Shown: positions 14,950 to 26,226 of the stretch, in pieces | How the letters are laid out: the number at the start of each line of letters is the position of its first letter | How positions within the stretch are numbered: the first letter of the stretch is position 1 | Assembly (NCBI GenBank): GCA_038134595.1 | Contig: JAYPVM010000008.1 | Coordinates: 1,461-65,460 of the forward strand | DNA length: 64,000 nt | Reading direction: 5' to 3' | Origin: Pseudomonadota bacterium | Lineage (GTDB): Bacteria > Bdellovibrionota_C > UBA2361 > OMII01 | Notes under the pieces: model-generated | The model's database searches: none | The model's input: only the letters and a program-made list of their open reading frames with translations | What the model was told of the DNA's origin: nothing | Made by a program: the position numbers and the translations under genes

Positions 14950-16635
14950 ATGAGCCAAACTGTGGCGTATTTTTCGATGGAAATTGCAATTGATACCGCT
15001 TTGCCTACGTATTCTGGGGGGTTAGGCGTTTTGGCGGGTGATACTATTAAGGCGGCGGCAGACCTTGAAGTTCCTATGGTAGCGGTCACACTGCTCTACA
15101 AAAAGGGCTACGTCAGGCAATCTATCTCTGAGAGAGGAGAGCAATTAGAGGCTCCCGAAGCGTGGGATTATGAAAGGCTTCTTACACGGTGCGGCCCCAA
15201 GGTAGATGTCCCTTTGCGAGACAGGATACTACAGGTGCAAGCATGGAAGTACGTGCAACGGGGAGTAACTGGTCACGAGGTTCCAGTACTATTTCTGGAT
15301 TGTGATCTGCCCGAAAACACCGAACACGACCGTACACTCACTGATTCTCTCTATGCAGGGGGAGTTGAGACTCGAATCTTACAGGAGATGATTCTAGGTG
15401 TCGGTGGGCGCCGCATGGTTGATGCTCTTGGATATCCAAAAGACACTGTATGCCACATGAATGAAGGGCACGCTGCGTTTCTTCTGTTGGAGGAGGTTCC
15501 TTCAGATTGGCAGAGTCGGGAAGAAGAGCTTGTCTGTGTTCGTGAGCGAGCGGTATTTACAACACACACACCTGTAGCGGCGGGACACGATGTGTTCCAG
15601 AGAGATCTTGTTGAGGCGACCTTGTGTCCGGAGCATTTGAAGAAAGCTGAAGCTATCTTTGAAGATGGGATGTTTAACATGACAAAACTCGCCATGAGGT
15701 TTTCTGGTGTGGTTAATGCTGTTGCCAGAAAGCATATGGATGTCACCAAGGAGATGTTTCCTGATGCCGATGTGGTAGCGATAACAAATGGAGTACATGC
15801 TGTACGGTGGACGGCAAAACCGTTTGCAGACCTTTTTGATCGGTATACGCCAGGATGGCGGGAGCGTAGTGAACAGTTACGTCAGGCGATGTTGATACCA
15901 GTACACGAGATTAGCCAAGCACATTCGGAGTGCCGCAGTGCGCTTCTTCATACTGTGCAGGAGCGGTATGGAATGCCGTTTGGAGGCTCTGGCATCGTTA
16001 TCGGATTCGCTCGTCGGGCGACTGAATACAAGAGGCCACTTCTTCTGTTTCGGGATCTTGAGCGTTTAAAGTGGATAGCTAGCCAGTATGGACCTATCAA
16101 TCTCTTATTTGCAGGTAAGGCGCACCCACGTGATGATTGGGGTAAGCATCTGATTCAAGAGATTCATGACGTCGCCAACTGCACAGGGGACAATATTCGT
16201 GTGGCGTTTTTGCCAAATTACGATGTGGAGCTTGCGGCACACCTTGTTCAGGGTGTAGACCTATGGCTAAACACACCGCGGGCTCCAATGGAGGCATCAG
16301 GAACAAGTGGAATGAAGTGTGCGTTAAACGGGATACCGAGTTTAAGTATCGCTGACGGTTGGTGGCTTGAGGGTGGTGTGCAAGATGTCACTGGATGGGT
16401 AGTCCGGAGTGCTCTCAATGATGGAGGGGTTTCTGCGGGAGACCAAGATGGTGCCGATGCCGATGCGCTTTATCATCAGTTAGAGCACAGTGTCTTGCCG
16501 TGTTTCTTCAATCACTCTGATCGATGGGGAGAGGTGATGAGAAATTCTATTGCTCTCAATGGCTCGTTTTTTAACACCCATCGGATGGTTGAGCAGTATA
16601 GGGCCATGGCGTATGAGAAATCTGCAGAAGAGTAA
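14950..16635 (+). CDS. glgP: Alpha-glucan (glycogen/maltodextrin) phosphorylase, GT35 short type
   Basis: YFSMEIAIDTALPTYSGGLGVLAGDTIKAAADL and ASGTSGMKCALNG (PLP-lysine motif). Confidence 0.9.
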   Translation: MSQTVAYFSMEIAIDTALPTYSGGLGVLAGDTIKAAADLEVPMVAVTLLYKKGYVRQSISERGEQLEAPEAWDYERLLTRCGPKVDVPLRDRILQVQAWKYVQRGVTGHEVPVLFLDCDLPENTEHDRTLTDSLYAGGVETRILQEMILGVGGRRMVDALGYPKDTVCHMNEGHAAFLLLEEVPSDWQSREEELVCVRERAVFTTHTPVAAGHDVFQRDLVEATLCPEHLKKAEAIFEDGMFNMTKLAMRFSGVVNAVARKHMDVTKEMFPDADVVAITNGVHAVRWTAKPFADLFDRYTPGWRERSEQLRQAMLIPVHEISQAHSECRSALLHTVQERYGMPFGGSGIVIGFARRATEYKRPLLLFRDLERLKWIASQYGPINLLFAGKAHPRDDWGKHLIQEIHDVANCTGDNIRVAFLPNYDVELAAHLVQGVDLWLNTPRAPMEASGTSGMKCALNGIPSLSIADGWWLEGGVQDVTGWVVRSALNDGGVSAGDQDGADADALYHQLEHSVLPCFFNHSDRWGEVMRNSIALNGSFFNTHRMVEQYRAMAYEKSAEE

Positions 16636-16651
16636 AACCTGTGAGTCGTGT

Positions 16652-17524
16652 GTGAGTAGTGAGCGTAAGCTATCGGTTGTTCGAAATGAGGCGGGTCGAG
16701 CGGTTCGGTACGCTGTTTTCGGAGCTCCTACCTCAGAGCGAGTCGTTTTCTACAGTCACGGATTTCCGGCAAGTCGAGTGGAAGCTGGTATCGCACATCA
16801 GGTAGCGCTTGATTGTGGTCTTTCTATAGTGGCACTCGACCGACCTGGGTTTGGTGGTTCAGAGTGGTACGGGAATAGAGAGTTTCGTGACTGGGCAGAT
16901 GATGTTGTTGCGGTTGCCAATCATTTAGGAATCAAACGGTTTGGAGTTCTGGGAGTATCGGGGGGTACTCCGACGGCTGTCGCCGCTGCCGCCTTACTAA
17001 AAGACAGGGTGACCAAGCTTGTTGTGGTTAGCGGCATGGGTCCCCTGTCGGGTCGTAAGGTGTTACGTGGAATGAATTTCGGAAATCGATTGCTCCTTGA
17101 GCTTGGTCTCATGCTTCCGAGGATAGCTAGGTGCGCTATTGCACTTATCGCTACTGCATGGAAGCGTTTTCCTGTGTTGGTGTCGGTTTGGTTTGGCGCT
17201 CTATTACCATCGGTAGATAGAGAGATAGTCCGACGAAGAGAAATCGGTGTTTTATTTGCAAAGAACATCAAAGAGGCTCTTTCGCAGGGGGTAAAGGGTG
17301 TTAGGACTGAATTTGGTTTGTTACTGACCGATTGGAGTGCTTTACTAGAGAACGTGCAGGTGCCTACAGAGATTTGGCATGGAGATGCTGATACCTATGT
17401 CCCGTTTGCTATGGCGGAGAGCCTGCACAATGGAATTAAAAATTCGGTATTACATAAAGTAACCGATGGTGGACATTTCATGATAGTTGATACACTACCT
17501 GTAGTGTTGGAGAGCTTTGCATAG
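16652..17524 (+). CDS. Alpha/beta hydrolase
   Basis: FYSHGFPASR and the nucleophile elbow GVSGGT, with a late HGDAD...GGH. The GTG at 16652 is chosen to avoid overlap with glgP. The track ORF starts at 16550. Confidence 0.75.
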   Translation: MSSERKLSVVRNEAGRAVRYAVFGAPTSERVVFYSHGFPASRVEAGIAHQVALDCGLSIVALDRPGFGGSEWYGNREFRDWADDVVAVANHLGIKRFGVLGVSGGTPTAVAAAALLKDRVTKLVVVSGMGPLSGRKVLRGMNFGNRLLLELGLMLPRIARCAIALIATAWKRFPVLVSVWFGALLPSVDREIVRRREIGVLFAKNIKEALSQGVKGVRTEFGLLLTDWSALLENVQVPTEIWHGDADTYVPFAMAESLHNGIKNSVLHKVTDGGHFMIVDTLPVVLESFA

Positions 17525-17530
17525 GAAGGT

Positions 17531-18901
17531 ATGATTTCTGAAGACGGTGTACTAGACCTCATTGAGAGACGCGATTTGCATGCCCTCCGGGATGCGCTCG
17601 TAGACGGTGCGCCTGTAGAGATAGCAGAGCTCTTTGAAAACTTAAATCTTGAGGCGAGAGTTCTTATCTTTCGTATCTTGCCGCGTGATGTGGCGGCCGA
17701 CATCTTTGCCGAGCTCGATGTCGAGGTTCAAAAAACTATTTTAAGTGGCTTAGGTGATCGTCAGACGGCTCGGCTTCTGTATGAGATGGCGGCAGACGAT
17801 CGAACAGCGCTTCTAGAAGAGGTGCCTGCAGAGGCGGCGAAACAGCTCTTGGCCTTATTGCCCAAAGAGGAGCGTGATGTTGCTCTGACACTACTTGGAT
17901 ATCCAGAAGGGAGTGTCGGGCGTTTGATGTCGCCTGACTTTCTTACCATTCAGCAAGATTGGAAGGTACGAGAGGTATTGGATCATATTCGAGCGCACGG
18001 GCAGGAGAGTGATTCGCTTGATACGTTGTATGTGGTTGATACGCAAGGAAACCTCGTAGACGAAGTTGCTGTAAAGAATCTGTTGCTGGCCTCTCTTGAT
18101 GATGAGGTCGCGTCGCTTATGACGTTTAAGTTTCAAGCGCTCTCAGTTCAGAGTGATCAAGAATCTGCTGTAGAGCTTTTTAAGAAGTACGATAGGCCGA
18201 CGTTGCCAGTAGTAGATGCCTTTGGTGTGTTGCTCGGTATCGTTACGGTTGACGATATTCTTGATGTTCAAGAGGAAGAGGTTACCGAAGATATTCAAAA
18301 ATTAGGAGGTAGTGAGGCTCTTGAAGAGGCGTACATCAAGACCTCGGTTGCGACACTTATCAGAAAGCGTGCTGGCTGGCTCATTGTTCTTTTTGTAGGA
18401 GAGATGCTTACAGCGTCAGCGATGTCTAGTTTTGAAGATGAGATTCAGCGCGCTGTTATCTTAGCCTTGTTTGTGCCACTTATTATTTCTAGTGGTGGTA
18501 ACTCTGGGAGCCAGGCCTCAACGCTTATCATCCGCGCCTTGGCGGTAGGGGAGATTAAGACTAGTGATTGGTTTAAGATCATGCGCCGAGAGCTAGTAGC
18601 AGGGGGAGCCTTAGGGCTTATCTTAGGAGTCGTGGGGTTCTTTCGAATCGTGATCGCGGCACAATTTACGGATGCGTACGGCGAACATTGGTTTTTGTTG
18701 GCAACAACTGTGCTGATGTCTCTTACTGCCGTGGTAACACTGGGTAGTTTAGCTGGATCGATGCTGCCACTTGCACTTAAATCATTAAAGTTAGATCCGG
18801 CAACTTCATCTGCCCCATTTGTTGCTACCTTGGTGGATGTCGCGGGGCTTGTTTTGTACTTTACGATTGCTGCAATGCTTCTGTCGGGAACATTGCTGTA
18901 G
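17531..18901 (+). CDS. mgtE: Magnesium transporter MgtE
   Basis: MgtE N-domain, tandem CBS region and C-terminal TM domain (PLIISSGGNSGSQ..., PFVATLVDVAGL). Confidence 0.9.
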   Translation: MISEDGVLDLIERRDLHALRDALVDGAPVEIAELFENLNLEARVLIFRILPRDVAADIFAELDVEVQKTILSGLGDRQTARLLYEMAADDRTALLEEVPAEAAKQLLALLPKEERDVALTLLGYPEGSVGRLMSPDFLTIQQDWKVREVLDHIRAHGQESDSLDTLYVVDTQGNLVDEVAVKNLLLASLDDEVASLMTFKFQALSVQSDQESAVELFKKYDRPTLPVVDAFGVLLGIVTVDDILDVQEEEVTEDIQKLGGSEALEEAYIKTSVATLIRKRAGWLIVLFVGEMLTASAMSSFEDEIQRAVILALFVPLIISSGGNSGSQASTLIIRALAVGEIKTSDWFKIMRRELVAGGALGLILGVVGFFRIVIAAQFTDAYGEHWFLLATTVLMSLTAVVTLGSLAGSMLPLALKSLKLDPATSSAPFVATLVDVAGLVLYFTIAAMLLSGTLL

Positions 18902-18929
18902 CGGACTAGTTGAATACTTCTGATGTGAG

Positions 18930-19916
18930 CTATCGTTTTGATTGGTTGTTGCGCCGCATAGAGCGTTTAATATCTTCGCTTAGCCGCAAGACGGTGTCGA
19001 TGTAACTATCACTTTTGTTGTAATTCCAGAGAATCGTCCGCTTCTGTTCCATTGGAGTGTCGGCGCGTAGTCCGTGATGAGAGAGAAAGTGAGCGGCTGA
19101 TAAGACGGCGTCTGCTTCATTGTATAAACTTACTCTTCCATCTTTGTCGCCATCTGTGCCGAAGCGTAGGTATGTCGTGGGGAGAAATTGGGGCAACCCA
19201 AAGGCTCCGGCACGAGATCCCTTCATAGCTAATGGATCTATGTCATTTCGCTCAGCGATTTCGAGGAGTGCTATGATTTCTGGAAGAAAGGTTTGTTCTA
19301 GATAGAGACCGCGAGCGGCGACCTGTTCAAAGGTTACCGAAGGGTCTTTTTTTCGGGCTTCGGTGTAGTTCTGTTTTAGATTGTCCGGTGCATTGGTGGT
19401 TGCTATCCGTGAGAGTCGGTAGAGAATGGGATGTTTTCCGGTGTTCTTACCAGCCTGTGATTCGATTACTATAATTGAAGCGACGATCTCTTTTGGTACC
19501 TTGTATTCTTGCTCTACCGTACCAAAGGCTCGGGCGTTCTCTTTAATGAAGGTGCTTCCCAGTTTTGAAAACTTGTTTTGTAAAAATGAGCGGTACATTG
19601 AAGACGGCTCTTTAGGTTTAACTGCAAAGGGAACAAAGGTTCTTCGCGGAAGGCGCTTGTCAGTGTAGATCTTTCGCACGGTTTCTTTTGCGACTCCATT
19701 TGCTAGAAGGCGCGATGCTACATAATTCCATCCCCGCCACTTTTCTGCAGCTAATAGGGGAGTGGGTATGGGAGTTGGTTCGGCAACTTTTATGTTCTTG
19801 GCGGAGGATGCAGAGGAGAGTTTGTTTTTGTCGAGTGCGGCGGGAGTGGGCGACGTACGTATGTACGCAGGCCCTATGACGAATGCGATAAACAGGACAA
19901 AAATAGCCAGTCTCAT
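18930..19916 (-). CDS. Lytic murein transglycosylase (MltB-like)
   Basis: Signal/TM N-terminus, IIVIESQAGKNTG, GSRAGAFGLPQFLPTTY, NYNKSDSYIDTV. Confidence 0.8.
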   Translation of the reverse strand: MRLAIFVLFIAFVIGPAYIRTSPTPAALDKNKLSSASSAKNIKVAEPTPIPTPLLAAEKWRGWNYVASRLLANGVAKETVRKIYTDKRLPRRTFVPFAVKPKEPSSMYRSFLQNKFSKLGSTFIKENARAFGTVEQEYKVPKEIVASIIVIESQAGKNTGKHPILYRLSRIATTNAPDNLKQNYTEARKKDPSVTFEQVAARGLYLEQTFLPEIIALLEIAERNDIDPLAMKGSRAGAFGLPQFLPTTYLRFGTDGDKDGRVSLYNEADAVLSAAHFLSHHGLRADTPMEQKRTILWNYNKSDSYIDTVLRLSEDIKRSMRRNNQSKR

Positions 19917-20929
19917 GCCACAGGCTCCTGGGCGATATGTGAGGCAAGTTGGCTAAAAATCGCTGTTGGCCCCAGTGACCGATCTTTTAGACGAAAATCT
20001 GCTACGAGCAACTCGTTTAGTGCCTCTGAGAACTCAGAGGCTGTTTTGCGTTTTGCCAGCGGAAGGTATTTAGAGAAGAGCCACGGAGAGATGCCAAGTA
20101 GTGACTTGATATCGCCGTGAGAGGCTCGCTTCTCAAGGAGTAAGCGTATTTGAAGTAATGTGCCGAAGGTTTTTGTAAGGAGTCCTATTAGCATAAACGG
20201 ACTCGAGCCCTGTTCAAGCAGCTTTGTGACGAGGACTTGAGCGTTACCGTTGTTGTTGCCTAGCAGAACTTCTGCGAGTTCGAAATCACTTGCGAGTGTT
20301 TTTCCAGGTTCGAGTTCTTGTAGGGACTGACGAGTTGCGGGCGCGCCGTCCAAAAAGAGCGCGAATTTCTCTAGCAGAGCGGATATGGCATCAGGATCTT
20401 CATTGCCTATAGTTTGAATTAATTCTGTTGTCATCTCATCTATTGAGGAGATTCCGTGATGTTTTACTTCGCGCTCCAGCCATCGTCGGAGTTCAGCGCC
20501 CTTTAGTTGTTCGAAGTGAATGTGTGTGGCGATCTTTGAGACCAGTTTCTTGAATGTCGGGATGTTTGGAAGGGTTTTCCCAGTGAGTATAAGGTGAGTA
20601 CCTGCTGGAATATCAGAGAGAAGCTTTGCCAGTGGTTCGACTTCTGCCGCCCGAGGCCGATCGATATCTCGTAGGACTGCAAAGCGGGTTGGGTCAAAGA
20701 GCGAAGGCTCTCGGATGTCTCGGAGGAAATTTTCAAGATGGCTACGATTTGCATCTGAGAATGAGAATGAGGTCGAGGTGCCTTGAGAGGCTGCTGGGTG
20801 TTTTTCAAGAACATAGCGTACAGCTCGCTCCCTACGCGTTCTGTCAGGGGCGGTTATGACAAGGCAACTAGGGAGATTTTTTTTTGACGTAAGCTCCTTT
20901 AGTTTGGAGCCCGGATTTGACTGTCGCAT
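19913..20929 (-). CDS. holA: DNA polymerase III delta subunit
   Basis: 338 aa. The layout matches HolA (N-terminal Rossmann-like LVITAPD.., central ..WLEREVKHHGISSIDEMTTELIQTIGNE..LLEKFALFL). The 4-nt overlap with the downstream gene is typical of core operons. Confidence 0.6.
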   Translation of the reverse strand: MRQSNPGSKLKELTSKKNLPSCLVITAPDRTRRERAVRYVLEKHPAASQGTSTSFSFSDANRSHLENFLRDIREPSLFDPTRFAVLRDIDRPRAAEVEPLAKLLSDIPAGTHLILTGKTLPNIPTFKKLVSKIATHIHFEQLKGAELRRWLEREVKHHGISSIDEMTTELIQTIGNEDPDAISALLEKFALFLDGAPATRQSLQELEPGKTLASDFELAEVLLGNNNGNAQVLVTKLLEQGSSPFMLIGLLTKTFGTLLQIRLLLEKRASHGDIKSLLGISPWLFSKYLPLAKRKTASEFSEALNELLVADFRLKDRSLGPTAIFSQLASHIAQEPVA

Positions 20930-21065
20930 GGCTGTTTTCTTCGTATTTCGAGAGTAAGACGAAAGCTACCTGGTCACAATACATCCGCTTGCTCTCAGGT
21001 GCAAACGCAATCGGCTCCTAACGACTAAAAAAACGTCTCAGGTGATAGCGGGGGTCTCTCTTGAT

Positions 21066-22655
21066 TTATGAGAGGCGCGGAGCGGCTGCTTGGATCTCCT
21101 CGGAGGCTTCAGCTTCGTAGGCTTTAAAGTTTTTGACGAATAACTCGGCAAGCTTTTTAGCAGTTGTGTCGTATGCTTCTTTGTTTGCCCAGGTGTTTCG
21201 GGGTATGAGCACTTCGGCGGGTACGTCAGGACACGCCGTGATTACGTCAAAACCAAAGAGGGGATCTTTCTCTGATGGGGCGCTGGCGAGTTCTCCGCTG
21301 TGGATTGCATCGATAATGGCGCGAGTTAGATTTAGCTTCATTCGTTTTCCTGTGCCGTATGAGCCACCACTCCAGCCGGTGTTTACAAGCCATACGTTGG
21401 CTGAATGCTTATCCATTTGCTTGGCGAGTAGCTCTGCGTATTTTGCAGGATGCCACACGAGAAACGGCCCGCCAAAGCAGGGAGAAAACGTTGCCGATGG
21501 CTCTGTCACACCCATTTCGGTTCCAGCTACTTTTGCGGTGTATCCACTCATAAAGTGGTACATTGCATGTGCGCGTGAGAGTTTACTTACGGGGGGTAGA
21601 ACCCCGAAGGCATCACACGTCAAAAATATAATATCCGAGGGGTGTCCTGCCACGCACGGTATCTTTGCATTCTTAATGAACTCTATCGGATACGCTCCCC
21701 GCGTGTTTTCGGTGATGGATTTATCATGAAATTGCACCTGTCGATTCTCTGCGTCAAGAACAACATTCTCTAGTACTGCACCGAATCGAAGGGCTTGAAA
21801 TATATCAGGCTCGCTCTCTGGTGTTAGATCAATGGCTTTTGCGTAGCATCCGCCTTCAATGTTGAATATGCCAGAGTCTGACCAGCAGTGCTCATCATCT
21901 CCAATGAGCAGCCGTTTCGGATCTGCCGATAGTGTTGTTTTGCCCGTTCCCGAGAGTCCAAACAGAACACTTGAACGTAGCGTTTCTTTATCTGCTGTTG
22001 CTGAGCAGTGCATTGAAAGAATCTCGGTTTTGGGCATGAGGTAATTCATAACGGTGAATACACCTTTTTTCATCTCGCCTGCATACTCGGTGCCGAGAAT
22101 CACGAGTTCGCCGCTTTCAAAATTGAGGTCAATGCTTGTTTTTGAGGTCATGCCGGGGGTGTGTCGATTCGCTGGAAATTGTCCCGCATTGAGTATTACA
22201 AAATCAGGCTTTCCAAATTCTACGAGTTCCTTATGTGTTGGTCGAATCAACATCGTGTGCATAAAGAGTGCGTGATAGGGACGCGAACAAATCACACGGA
22301 CCTTGATTCGAGTAGTCGGATCCCAACCAGCAAATCCATCGAAGCAGTAGAGGGCTTCTCGTGTGTTAAGATAATCGACTGCGCGTTCTCTGTTGATGTC
22401 ATAGACTTTGGACTCAAGCGGAACGTTTACCGCACCCCACCAGATGTTGCCTTCCGATTCAGGGTGTTTCACGATCCGTTTGTCTTTTGGAGAGCGACCT
22501 GTCTTTGCTCCTGAGTACGCAACTAATGCTCCACTGTCTGCAATGCGGGTGTCGGGCTCGCTTAGTATGGCAAGCTCGTATAGGCGGCATGGAGCAAGAT
22601 TCCTGTATACCTGTTTGACTGAGATACCGTGCTCTTCAAGGGAAAATTGTGACAT
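21066..22655 (-). CDS. pckA: Phosphoenolpyruvate carboxykinase (ATP)
   Basis: FGLSGTGKTTLS kinase-1a motif, IGDDEHCW, NIEGGCYAK, NTGWSGG. Confidence 0.95.
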   Translation of the reverse strand: MSQFSLEEHGISVKQVYRNLAPCRLYELAILSEPDTRIADSGALVAYSGAKTGRSPKDKRIVKHPESEGNIWWGAVNVPLESKVYDINRERAVDYLNTREALYCFDGFAGWDPTTRIKVRVICSRPYHALFMHTMLIRPTHKELVEFGKPDFVILNAGQFPANRHTPGMTSKTSIDLNFESGELVILGTEYAGEMKKGVFTVMNYLMPKTEILSMHCSATADKETLRSSVLFGLSGTGKTTLSADPKRLLIGDDEHCWSDSGIFNIEGGCYAKAIDLTPESEPDIFQALRFGAVLENVVLDAENRQVQFHDKSITENTRGAYPIEFIKNAKIPCVAGHPSDIIFLTCDAFGVLPPVSKLSRAHAMYHFMSGYTAKVAGTEMGVTEPSATFSPCFGGPFLVWHPAKYAELLAKQMDKHSANVWLVNTGWSGGSYGTGKRMKLNLTRAIIDAIHSGELASAPSEKDPLFGFDVITACPDVPAEVLIPRNTWANKEAYDTTAKKLAELFVKNFKAYEAEASEEIQAAAPRLS

Positions 22656-22990
22656 ATATCGTTACTCCGCGTTTCGTCTTCGCACCCTATCATATCCCTA
22701 CAAACCGAGGCAAAGCGGATTCGTCGGTATTCACTGTTCTATTATAGCAGGTACCTGCTGGTCACTATAGTATTTGTCTCACAGTGTGATGAAAGAGCGC
22801 TCTACAAGTGCTTATAAGGAGGGGTGTTGAGAGAGGATAGGAGGTATATGAAATGTGTTGCCTTTCTCCTCAGGCATCTTGTGATGGTAAGGGATTCTGC
22901 TACGTGGTCTTACTACGAGATCGGCACGATGCTGAGAGCGCGATACAGGAAATAGTACGCAGGACATTAGATGCGTAACTGGCTATTGCA

Positions 22991-23677
22991 TTATATTTGT
23001 AATGCCGTTTTGAGAGTTGTTAGTAAGTGTTCAGGACTTTGCTCTGCATCGAGAACGAGAAAGGGTGTGGGAGACGTTTTTGCTATCTCTAGAAACCCTT
23101 CGCGAATTCGAGTGTGGAATGCGAGAGCCTCATCTTCGAAGTTGTCTTGATCGCCATCGGTCCGCGCGGCCATCCGTGTTGCGGCAACGCTTGGATCGAG
23201 GTCCAGAAGAACTACCAGGTCGGGGGTGGTGTTCCCGATGGCAAGTTCATTAGCCTGATCAATTAGCGTGCGGGAGATGCCACGACCGAATCCCTGAAAG
23301 GCTATCGTTGAGTAGATAAATCTATCGCATAACACCCATGCGCCCGATTCTCTGGCGGGATGGATGACTTTTTCGATGTGCTCAGCTCTATCTGCCGCAA
23401 AGAGAAGAAGTTCTGCTCGTATGCTTTTTGGCTCTCCATCCCAAGCTAAAAGTAGCTTTCGTATCTCCTGACCGAGCGCACTACCACCCGGTTCTCTAGT
23501 GATTACATGGTGTTGATTGATCTCGGTAAGGTGTGTCGCTAGGTTGTTGCGTAACGTAGTTTTCCCACAGCCGTTTATGCCCTCAAAGACAATAAACGGG
23601 CTGGGAGTAGAGCGCTTATACTGGGTTGGATCGATAATCATATCGGTACTTTTTAGCAAGATGTGCGAGCTTTGCAA
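22991..23677 (-). CDS. tmk: Thymidylate kinase
   Basis: FIVFEGINGCGKTT P-loop, REPGGS, DRFIYSTIAFQG. The true start may be the internal ATG at 23641. Confidence 0.9.
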   Translation of the reverse strand: MQSSHILLKSTDMIIDPTQYKRSTPSPFIVFEGINGCGKTTLRNNLATHLTEINQHHVITREPGGSALGQEIRKLLLAWDGEPKSIRAELLLFAADRAEHIEKVIHPARESGAWVLCDRFIYSTIAFQGFGRGISRTLIDQANELAIGNTTPDLVVLLDLDPSVAATRMAARTDGDQDNFEDEALAFHTRIREGFLEIAKTSPTPFLVLDAEQSPEHLLTTLKTALQI

Positions 23678-23856
23678 ACTTGGCGGTGCTTGTACACCCT
23701 TGAAAGGGGATTTTTATATCATTGATAACATGCTAGAAATACATAGCTTTTAGTTTTTTATAACGAGTTTTGTAACGTTACGCATTTTCCTTCTCTGGCT
23801 TGGCGTAGTAAAGGAAGGGATAGAGACGTAAACAGTACGATGTACAGACTGGGGTT

Positions 23857-26202
23857 TTGCAGAGGAAGTTAATGGCAACGATCACGACAAGTCTTACCCA
23901 AGAATCACGAGATAGGTATTTAACGTATGCGTTAAGTGTAGTGTCAGGTCGGGCGTTGCCTGATGTTCGTGACGGGTTAAAACCTGTACAGAGACGTATT
24001 TTATACGCCATGCTTCAAAATTTGAACCTGAAGCCATCACACACCCATAGAAAGTCTGCCGCAGTTGTCGGAGAGGTGTTGGCGAGATTTCATCCGCACG
24101 GTGATGTAGCGTGTTATGAGGCAATGGTCCGGATGGCGCAGGATTTCTCACTCCGCTATCCGCTTGTTGATGGGCAGGGTAACTTCGGATCGCTAGACGG
24201 CGATAACGCTGCGGCATATCGATACACTGAAGCCAAGTTGCGAGAGTTAGCTCTTGATGTGATTGGCGAGATAGGTCAAGAAACCGTTGCATTCAGAGAT
24301 AATTTTGATGCCACGGTTGAAGAGCCGATTGTTTTGCCGAGTAAAGTTCCTAATCTCCTCATTAATGGAGCAACCGGTATTGCTGTGGGTATGGCTACAA
24401 GCATTCCGCCTCATAATATCAAAGATACCGTTAGAGCGTTGATTGAATTGCTCAACGATCCGGATATGTCTATTTCAAAGCTTACCAGTATAATCAAAGG
24501 CCCAGATTTTCCGACGGGATGCGCTATTTTAAATACTCAGAAAGAGCTCGTGAAAATGTATGAGTCGGGGCGTGGCTCTGTTCGCATGAGAGGTGAATGG
24601 AGTGTTGAGGAGCAGGCTCGCAGAAAACAAGCGATAGTAATTACCTCGGTTCCGTATGCGATTAATAAATCATCTCTCGTTGAGCGGATTGCTGGGCTTA
24701 TCATCGATAGAAAAGTGCCTCAATTAAACGATGTAAGAGACGAATCTACGGACACGGTTCGTATCGTTCTAGAACTTACCTCAGGAGCCGATCCTGAGAT
24801 CGCGATGGCGTATCTCTTCAAGCATACACCTCTTGAATCAAACTTCTCGGTAAACTTGACAGCACTTGTGCCTGGTGACGGTATTTCAACGAGGCCAGAG
24901 TTGCTCTCGTTGAAGGGCTGTTTGCAGGAGTTCTTGACGTTTCGAGAAGAAGTCACTGAGAAGAGACTTGTCTTTGAACGCAAACAACTTCTGGAGCGGC
25001 TGCATATCCTAGAAGGTTTGATGATTATTTATGATGCGCTTGATGAGGCTATCAAGATAGTTCGCCAAAGTGATGGAAGAAGTGATGCAGCGCAGCGCTT
25101 ACAAAAGCGATTTAAACTCACAGAGATTCAGTCGTTTGCTGTCGTTGATATGCGAATATATCAACTCTCCAAAACGAATATAGATGATATCAAAAAGGAA
25201 TTCTCAGAGAAGAAAAAGCGAGTTGATGAGATAGACAAGATACTCAAGAGCAAGAAGAAGATACAGCAACTTGTGCAGGCCGATCTTGAAGAAGTCGTAA
25301 CCAAGTACGGGGACAAGCGACGCTCTCGGATTATCAAAGACTCCGTTGAGCTTGAGTTTGATGAGACGCAGTACGTAGTGCAAGAAGATGTATATGCAAT
25401 TGTATCTGCCGACGGATGGCTGAAGCGAATTCGTCAGACGAATGATCTCTCTGGAACCCGTCTTCGTGAGGGAGATTCTATTTTAGCGGCACATCCGCTT
25501 ACAACGTTAGATTCTGTTGTGTTGTTTACAAATATGGGTAGCCTGTTTGTGGTGAAAGTATCTGATTTCCCAGCATCGAGTGGATACGGAACTCCTGTGC
25601 AGAAATTGCTGAAGTTTAAGGATGGCGAGCGAATTGTTTCGTCGTATGGATTGCGACAGGGCGGCTCGGTGAACGAAACCGCCTCGTCTGGGCAAGGAGA
25701 ACTTGCGTTTGGTGGGGAGCGTAGCGAAGCTGCACAGGAGCCTGCGGAATTGATAGCAGAAGGTGACACGTTTGTGCTCGTCTCCGAAAAAGGGACGGGA
25801 TACGCTCTGTCGCTTTCAACGATAGCTGAAACAAAGCGCAATGGCCGCCGAGTTATAAAACTTCGAGATGGAGACAGCTTGGGTGCCACTGCACGGCTTG
25901 ATGGTGCCATGGTGTTTATCACAAACGGAGGCTCTGCCTTGTTGGTAGATGCTAAAGAGATTCCGGTAAGAGACACTGCTGCAGTGGGTGTTGCGTTGAT
26001 GGGTGTGCGCGAAAACGATAGGTTAGTTGCTTGCTGTGGTGTGAACTCGGTGCGCTCGAAGGAAGTAATTGAGATAGTCGTAGATTCAGGTAAGACTCGG
26101 TCGGTAACAACAAAGGATATCACCAAGGGGCATCGAGGTCTTAAGGGAACTAAGATTGCGGGACGAGATCAAGTTGTTTCGGCGTATACGGTAAAGAGCT
26201 AG
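23857..26202 (+). CDS. parC: Type IIA topoisomerase subunit A, ParC-like
   Basis: [21 protein letters not shown] and the active-site context [10 protein letters not shown]. Length is 781 aa. I saw no GyrA-box (QRRGGKG-like) in the C-terminal domain. The B subunit follows immediately. Confidence 0.8.
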   Translation: MQRKLMATITTSLTQESRDRYLTYALSVVSGRALPDVRDGLKPVQRRILYAMLQNLNLKPSHTHRKSAAVVGEVLARFHPHGDVACYEAMVRMAQDFSLRYPLVDGQGNFGSLDGDNAAAYRYTEAKLRELALDVIGEIGQETVAFRDNFDATVEEPIVLPSKVPNLLINGATGIAVGMATSIPPHNIKDTVRALIELLNDPDMSISKLTSIIKGPDFPTGCAILNTQKELVKMYESGRGSVRMRGEWSVEEQARRKQAIVITSVPYAINKSSLVERIAGLIIDRKVPQLNDVRDESTDTVRIVLELTSGADPEIAMAYLFKHTPLESNFSVNLTALVPGDGISTRPELLSLKGCLQEFLTFREEVTEKRLVFERKQLLERLHILEGLMIIYDALDEAIKIVRQSDGRSDAAQRLQKRFKLTEIQSFAVVDMRIYQLSKTNIDDIKKEFSEKKKRVDEIDKILKSKKKIQQLVQADLEEVVTKYGDKRRSRIIKDSVELEFDETQYVVQEDVYAIVSADGWLKRIRQTNDLSGTRLREGDSILAAHPLTTLDSVVLFTNMGSLFVVKVSDFPASSGYGTPVQKLLKFKDGERIVSSYGLRQGGSVNETASSGQGELAFGGERSEAAQEPAELIAEGDTFVLVSEKGTGYALSLSTIAETKRNGRRVIKLRDGDSLGATARLDGAMVFITNGGSALLVDAKEIPVRDTAAVGVALMGVRENDRLVACCGVNSVRSKEVIEIVVDSGKTRSVTTKDITKGHRGLKGTKIAGRDQVVSAYTVKS

Positions 26203-26226
26203 CAGTCGGTTATACGGATTATAGAT

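Noticed and set aside
21133-22770. Plus-strand ORFs of 61-198 aa antisense to pckA
   Set aside because: They are nested in a gene with unmistakable PEP carboxykinase motifs. Their compositions are Ser/Arg/Cys-rich shadows.
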